Shown: positions 44,453 through 48,692 of the stretch, piece after piece
Layout: each line of letters begins with the position of its first letter
How positions within the stretch are numbered: the first letter of the stretch is position 1
DNA from: Ruminococcaceae bacterium UBA6842
Lineage (GTDB): Bacteria; Bacillota; Clostridia; Oscillospirales; Acutalibacteraceae
Direction: 5' to 3'
Length of the DNA: 48,692 nt
Assembly: GCA_002451855.1 (NCBI GenBank)
Contig: DKDS01000048.1
Coordinates: forward strand, 18,535-67,226
Program-made: the position numbers and the translations under genes
Notes under the pieces: model-generated
What the model was told of the DNA's origin: nothing
What the model saw: only the letters and a program-made list of their open reading frames with translations
Database searches by the model: none

Positions 44453-45718
44453 ATGAATTCTCCGTTGGCTGACAGATTAAGACCCCGAAAAATCGAAGAG
44501 GTGGCAGGACAGAAGCACCTTTTGGCAGAGGGTAAGGTACTTCGCCGAATAATCGATTCGGGAAATGTGCCCAACCTTATATTTTACGGCCCGTCGGGAG
44601 TGGGGAAAACCACGGTTGCCAATATAATTGCCGCAACCTGCGGAAAAAAACTGCATTATCTTAACGCCACAACCGCCTCCACCGCCGATATTAAGGAAAT
44701 AATAAATACCATCGGCACGATAGAGGCGCAGGGCGGAATACTCCTTTACCTTGATGAGATACAGTATTTTAATAAAAAACAACAGCAAATATTGCTTTCT
44801 TACATAGAAAACGGGGATATTACACTTATAGCCGCCACTACCGAAAACCCGTATTTTTATGTATACAACGCCATTTTAAGCCGTTCCACCGTTTTTGAGT
44901 TCAAACAGCTCTCGCCCGAGGATGTAAGGACGGCGGTAACACGCGCCGTGGGCGTAATTAAGGACGAAAAGGGAAAGGAGCTTTATATAAGCGATATGTC
45001 CTTAAAAAAGCTCTGCCTTGCGGCGTCGGGCGATGTAAGACGGGCGCTTAATATGCTTGAGCTTTGCGTGCTGACAAGCGAGACGGCGGAAAAAATCGAA
45101 ATATCCGACGAAACGGTTGAGGAAATTTTGGCGTCAGGCTCCGTAAGATACGACCGTGAGGGAGACGAGCATTACGATATTATTTCGGCGTACCAAAAGT
45201 CTATGCGAGGCTCCGACCCCGACGCCGCCGTTTATTATTTGGGCAGGCTTCTTGCCGCGGGCGACCTGCCGAGCGCTTGCAGACGGCTTATGGTCTGCGC
45301 CTGCGAGGATGTGGGGCTTGCCTATCCGCAGATTATCCCGATAGTTAAAGCCGCCGTTGATATTGCCGAGGCTGTGGGACTGCCCGAAGCCCGTTTACCG
45401 CTTGCGGACGCGGTTATTTTGGTTGCTACAAGTCCTAAATCAAACTCGGCGCACAACGCAATCAACGCCGCTATGAGCGATATAGAAAGAGGTATAGGCG
45501 GAAGTATTCCCCGTCAGCTCCAAAACAAGCATTACGACGGCGAGGACGCCGAGGTAAAGGGTCAGAACTATAAGTATCCGCACGATTATCCAAATCATTA
45601 TGTAAACCAACAGTATTTGCCGAGCGCACTCAAAAACAGGCGCTATTATGAGTACGGAGACAATAAAACCGAGCAAAAATACAAGGCGTATTGGGATTTG
45701 ATAAAATCGGAAAAATAA
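44453..45718 (+). CDS. rarA: Replication-associated recombination protein A (RarA/MgsA)
   Basis: PLADRLRP, Walker A GPSGVGKTT, LYLDEIQYFNK and the C-terminal MgsA_C block (ISAYQKSMRGSDPDAAVYYLGRLL) are present. The ATG at 44453 follows AAGGAGG. TTGAAA-17-TATAAT lies upstream (about 44394-44421). Confidence 0.9.
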   Translation: MNSPLADRLRPRKIEEVAGQKHLLAEGKVLRRIIDSGNVPNLIFYGPSGVGKTTVANIIAATCGKKLHYLNATTASTADIKEIINTIGTIEAQGGILLYLDEIQYFNKKQQQILLSYIENGDITLIAATTENPYFYVYNAILSRSTVFEFKQLSPEDVRTAVTRAVGVIKDEKGKELYISDMSLKKLCLAASGDVRRALNMLELCVLTSETAEKIEISDETVEEILASGSVRYDREGDEHYDIISAYQKSMRGSDPDAAVYYLGRLLAAGDLPSACRRLMVCACEDVGLAYPQIIPIVKAAVDIAEAVGLPEARLPLADAVILVATSPKSNSAHNAINAAMSDIERGIGGSIPRQLQNKHYDGEDAEVKGQNYKYPHDYPNHYVNQQYLPSALKNRRYYEYGDNKTEQKYKAYWDLIKSEK

Positions 45719-45748
45719 TATTATGTAAACCAAAAAGGAGGGGAAAGG

Positions 45749-46183
45749 ATGAAAGAAAGCGTGCTTCCGAAAAAAACAAAGCTTTTGTGGCAGATACGGA
45801 TAGCTCTTGTCGGTCTTATACCGTCGGCTGTTCTGCTCGCCCTTTCTTCTGTTTCCCTGTGGTTTACAGCCGCGGGCGGTTTTTTACTGCTCCTTTTAAT
45901 TGCGGCGGTGTTTTGGTATGTCCCTGCCTATTTTGACAGCTACTCTGTCTCGTTCCCTAACGGCGCCATAATAATTAACCGCGGTGTAATTATAAAGACC
46001 TGCCACATAATGCCCTTTTCACGGCTTGTCTATGTGCAGAGCATTTCAACGCCGCTTGCAAAGGCAATGGGTCTTTCCGCTTTAAGCCTTAAGGCGGCAC
46101 GGAGCAGCGTTATAATTCCAGAACTGTCCGTGACGGACGCCGAGCGCTTTATAAACGCCGTAACAGGAGATGAACGGCGATGA
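45749..46183 (+). CDS. Bacterial PH-domain (bPH_2) membrane protein, YdbS-like
   Basis: Two TM segments are followed by IIINRGVIIKTCHIMPFSRLVYVQSISTPLAKAMGLSALSLKAA. It is paired with the downstream YdbT-like gene. Confidence 0.65.
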   Translation: MKESVLPKKTKLLWQIRIALVGLIPSAVLLALSSVSLWFTAAGGFLLLLLIAAVFWYVPAYFDSYSVSFPNGAIIINRGVIIKTCHIMPFSRLVYVQSISTPLAKAMGLSALSLKAARSSVIIPELSVTDAERFINAVTGDERR

Positions 46184-47610
46184 AAAGAGAGTTTAAAGCG
46201 CATCCGCTTATGATTTTAAATTATATGAAGCCGTTTTTGTTTGTGCTTGTAATTCCGCTTTTAAAGGGTATCGTTCAGTATATACTCTATAAGAGGGCGA
46301 CGGGTATTTTGGCGACCGAGGCGGCGGCGCTTGCGGGCATCTTGCTTATCGGCTTTTTAAAATGCCGTTCCTTTTCCATTGTCTGCGGCAAAGGCGGCGT
46401 TAAAATCACAAGCGGCATATTTATAAAGCAGACCTCTTATATTTCGGCGGCGCGGCTTTCTTCGGTACAAACGGTGCAAAATCCGCTTGATGCGGTTTTG
46501 GGCGCCGTTACCTATTGTGTAAATACCGAGGCAGGCAAAAAGGGCGAGACCGATTTTAAATTCAAGCTAAGCGTTAAGGACAGTAAAAAGGCTTCCGAGC
46601 TGCTGTACGGCAAGAGCAATTACACCGCCGTAAGGTTTTCGGCGCTCAAGGTTGCGGTTATGGCGGCGACCTCTTCCTCGGCGGTTACGGGTCTTATAAT
46701 CGGAGTACCTATTATAAATAAGGCAGGCAAACTGCTCGGAATAGCGCTTAACAATATCCTGTTTGACGAGATAAACACGGTTTCGGGTCAGGTAAAATCG
46801 CCTTTTCCGCCTATCGTAAACGCGATAACGCTTATTTTTCTGTTAAGCTATACCTTCAGCTTTATTTATTCCTTTTTAAAGTATATCAATTTCAAGCTTT
46901 TTCTTGAAAAGGATAAAATCGAGGTGCGTTCGGGATTTTTTATTCGGAACAGGACTTCCTTTAAAAAGGAGTCGGTCAATGATGTGACGATTGACCAGAC
47001 GCCGCTTATGCGGATATTCAGGCGCTATGCTATGAAAGTAAGCGTCGGCGGCTACGGCAATTCGAAAAGCGAAACGGCGGTTTTGGTTCCGTCCGAGCGC
47101 AGGGGAATTATAAAACGGCAGTTTCAGGCGTATTTCCCGTTTTTAATGTCGGACGGTAAGCTGCTTCACGCCGATCGTACAAGGCGCACAAGGAACAGGT
47201 TTCTGTTTTTCCCGATGATTTATATTATTTGCGCTACCGCCGCGGCGGCTGTGCCGGCGGTGATTTTTGCCGATTTTACAAGACTGATACTGTTTTTGTA
47301 TTTGGTGCTGGCGGCTGTAATCGCATATTACGCTTATCTTTGTATTTTCGATTACCGCTTCGGTAAGCTGCGGCTCGGCAAGAATATCTACGCGCAGGGG
47401 ATAAAGCGGTTTAAAACCTATGAGTTTTACTGTCCGTTCGAGAATGTGGGAGAAATCAAGGTGATACGCACCATGCCCGACAGAAAGCACGGAACCTGCA
47501 ATGTTTCCGTTGCGATAAGGTCGGAAAGTGCCGACAGTGTGACGGTAAGACACTTAAACTATAAAACGGTCAGGACTTATATAGCGGAAAGCTACGGTAT
47601 TGAGGTATAA
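46180..47610 (+). CDS. Triple bPH_2-domain membrane protein, YdbT-like
   Basis: This 476-aa protein has repeated units of a TM pair plus a PH-like block, for example VNDVTIDQTPLMRIFRRYAMKV. Its start overlaps the upstream gene's stop. Confidence 0.6.
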   Translation: MKREFKAHPLMILNYMKPFLFVLVIPLLKGIVQYILYKRATGILATEAAALAGILLIGFLKCRSFSIVCGKGGVKITSGIFIKQTSYISAARLSSVQTVQNPLDAVLGAVTYCVNTEAGKKGETDFKFKLSVKDSKKASELLYGKSNYTAVRFSALKVAVMAATSSSAVTGLIIGVPIINKAGKLLGIALNNILFDEINTVSGQVKSPFPPIVNAITLIFLLSYTFSFIYSFLKYINFKLFLEKDKIEVRSGFFIRNRTSFKKESVNDVTIDQTPLMRIFRRYAMKVSVGGYGNSKSETAVLVPSERRGIIKRQFQAYFPFLMSDGKLLHADRTRRTRNRFLFFPMIYIICATAAAAVPAVIFADFTRLILFLYLVLAAVIAYYAYLCIFDYRFGKLRLGKNIYAQGIKRFKTYEFYCPFENVGEIKVIRTMPDRKHGTCNVSVAIRSESADSVTVRHLNYKTVRTYIAESYGIEV

Positions 47611-47678
47611 AAAAGACAATTCGGAAAACAATATATAAAAACAATGTTTCATGTGAAACATTTAAGGAGCGTTTTTGT

Positions 47679-48047
47679 ATGCAATGTTTTTTGAATTGTC
47701 TTTATGCTTTTTTGGTCGGCGGAACAATCTGCCTTATAGGGCAAATACTGATTGACTATACAAAGCTTACGCCGGCAAGAATATTGGTTTCGTATGTTGT
47801 GGCAGGCGTAGTGCTTACGGCGATAGGCGTTTATAAACCGATCGTCGATTTTGCGGGCGCGGGCGCCACCGTTCCGCTCACGGGCTTTGGTTACAGCCTT
47901 GCAATGGGCGTTAAAGAGGCGGTCGGCAAATACGGCTTTATGGGAATATTTGCAGGCGGACTTACCGCAACCTCGGCAGGAATTGCCGTGTCCGTTGTTT
48001 CGGGACTGCTTATGGCAAGCCTGTTTAAACCGGGAGACAAGACTTAA
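47679..48047 (+). CDS. spoVAE: Stage V sporulation protein AE (SpoVAEB-type)
   Basis: FLVGGTICLIGQILIDYTKLTPARILV...DFAGAGATVPLTGFGYSL...GGLTATSAGI closely follows B. subtilis SpoVAEB. Confidence 0.8.
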   Translation: MQCFLNCLYAFLVGGTICLIGQILIDYTKLTPARILVSYVVAGVVLTAIGVYKPIVDFAGAGATVPLTGFGYSLAMGVKEAVGKYGFMGIFAGGLTATSAGIAVSVVSGLLMASLFKPGDKT

Positions 48048-48077
48048 TGCGGAATGCGGAATGCGGAATTCGGAATT
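48046..48077. repeat. Tandem heptad array, (AATGCGG)x3 then AATTCGG then AATT; left arm of an inverted pair
   Basis: I read it directly from the sequence. It starts inside the spoVAE stop codon. Confidence 0.8.
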
Positions 48078-48091
48078 ATTTTCGCTTAAAA

Positions 48092-48337
48092 TCAATAATC
48101 CGGGGTATGTTTTACCGTTATTCCTGTCTTTTCAAATTCCATTATTATTTTTTCTATCACGAAAAGCTGTTCACACTTAGATATAAAAGGGTTTTCCAAT
48201 GTATCTTTAATTTTTGAAACAAGCTCATAGCATTTACCCTCAACTATTTCTTTAGCGGAAACAGTAATAGTTTCGGATTGCGGCGAGCCGTCGCTTTCCA
48301 CTAAATAGCGTAATAAAATTTCTTTGTAAATTTCCAT
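48092..48337 (-). CDS. Hypothetical 81-aa protein in the cassette
   Basis: This ORF is divergent from the XRE gene. I recognised no family. The sequence is AT-rich. Confidence 0.35.
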   Translation of the reverse strand: MEIYKEILLRYLVESDGSPQSETITVSAKEIVEGKCYELVSKIKDTLENPFISKCEQLFVIEKIIMEFEKTGITVKHTPDY

Positions 48338-48442
48338 ACTATCATCTCCAAAAAAATATCGCGCACACCAACAATTGTTGGTATATTGAATATTATAATT
48401 CGTTATACTTTTACTGTCAATAACAAATGTAGGTGAAAGTAT

Positions 48443-48661
48443 ATGCGTGAAATTTTGGCGGCAAGATTAAGAGAGTGTCGCAGGCGTAAGGGCGTTACGC
48501 AATGGGAAGTGGCAGTCGGGTGTGATATTACAGAGGGCACATACCAAAACTATGAAAATATGACGAGACTTCCCCGTGCGGATATACTTGCAAGAATTGC
48601 CGATTACTATAATACTTCCACCGATTATTTATTAGGCAGAAAAGACGACCCTACACCTTAA
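48443..48661 (+). CDS. XRE-family HTH regulator in the cassette
   Basis: VTQWEVAVGCDITEGTYQNYENM...IADYYNTSTDYLLGRKDDP. It is a paralogue-like relative of the 29190 gene. Confidence 0.7.
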   Translation: MREILAARLRECRRRKGVTQWEVAVGCDITEGTYQNYENMTRLPRADILARIADYYNTSTDYLLGRKDDPTP

Positions 48662-48664
48662 AAC

Positions 48665-48692
48665 AATTCCGCATTACGCATTCCGAATTCCG
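48665..48692. repeat. Heptad array in inverted orientation (AATTCCG CATTACG CATTCCG AATTCCG); right arm, truncated by the window edge
   Basis: Its reverse complement, CGGAATT CGGAATG CGTAATG CGGAATT, matches the unit of the left array. Confidence 0.8.

Noticed and set aside
48046-48077. Possible CRISPR array or satellite
   Set aside because: The units are 7 nt with no spacers and only about 4.5 copies. No cas genes are present. I treated it as a short tandem-repeat arm.

Overview
This window looks like chromosomal DNA from an endospore-forming Clostridia-type Firmicute, and it spans the replication origin. The core block is gpr-spoIIP (minus strand), then dnaA-dnaN-yaaA-recF-remB-gyrB-gyrA (31.7-40.5 kb).

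Housekeeping genes flank the origin block:
- a glycerol-3-phosphate cluster: glpP, an MgtC-family gene, a three-gene FAD dehydrogenase set, and an AraM/AraL-like pair
- pyrR-pyrP and feoB
- a methionine block: amidohydrolase, O-acetylhomoserine sulfhydrylase, metA
- a yabE-like gene, a CPBP protease, tadA, spoVB, rarA, a ydbS/ydbT-like pair and spoVAE

I saw no rRNA genes, no complete tRNA genes and no CRISPR array.

Three stretches look accessory and, by eye, more AT-rich. I did not compute GC content.
- 1-8.5 kb: a large solute-binding lipoprotein, a beta-helix protein, a radical-SAM gene, a RepL-like gene, a split HipA-like kinase module and a truncated SASP gene.
- 23.7-25.7 kb: three tandem Arc/ribbon-helix-helix genes, an XRE regulator, a DUF2493/SLOG gene and a dense cluster of perfect hairpins.
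- 48.05 kb to the window end: a two-gene cassette bracketed by inverted arrays of a 7-nt repeat.

The best candidate for an undescribed system is the bicistronic module at 6682-8086. It pairs an AbrB/SpoVT-type DNA-binding domain fused to a HipA-N-terminal-like domain with a separate HipA_C-only kinase. The two genes are joined by an ATGA overlap and sit behind a near-consensus promoter embedded in ACGAAT/ATTCGT half-sites.

Other signals worth follow-up:
- a repeated promoter plus leader-terminator element in front of three glycerol-related transcription units
- a perfect tRNA acceptor/T-arm-like minihelix between remB and gyrB
- gpr without a canonical start codon
- a frameshifted MgtC-family gene
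- a promoter-to-terminator unit upstream of the yabE-like gene

All protein family calls rest on motif recognition by eye. No database search was run.
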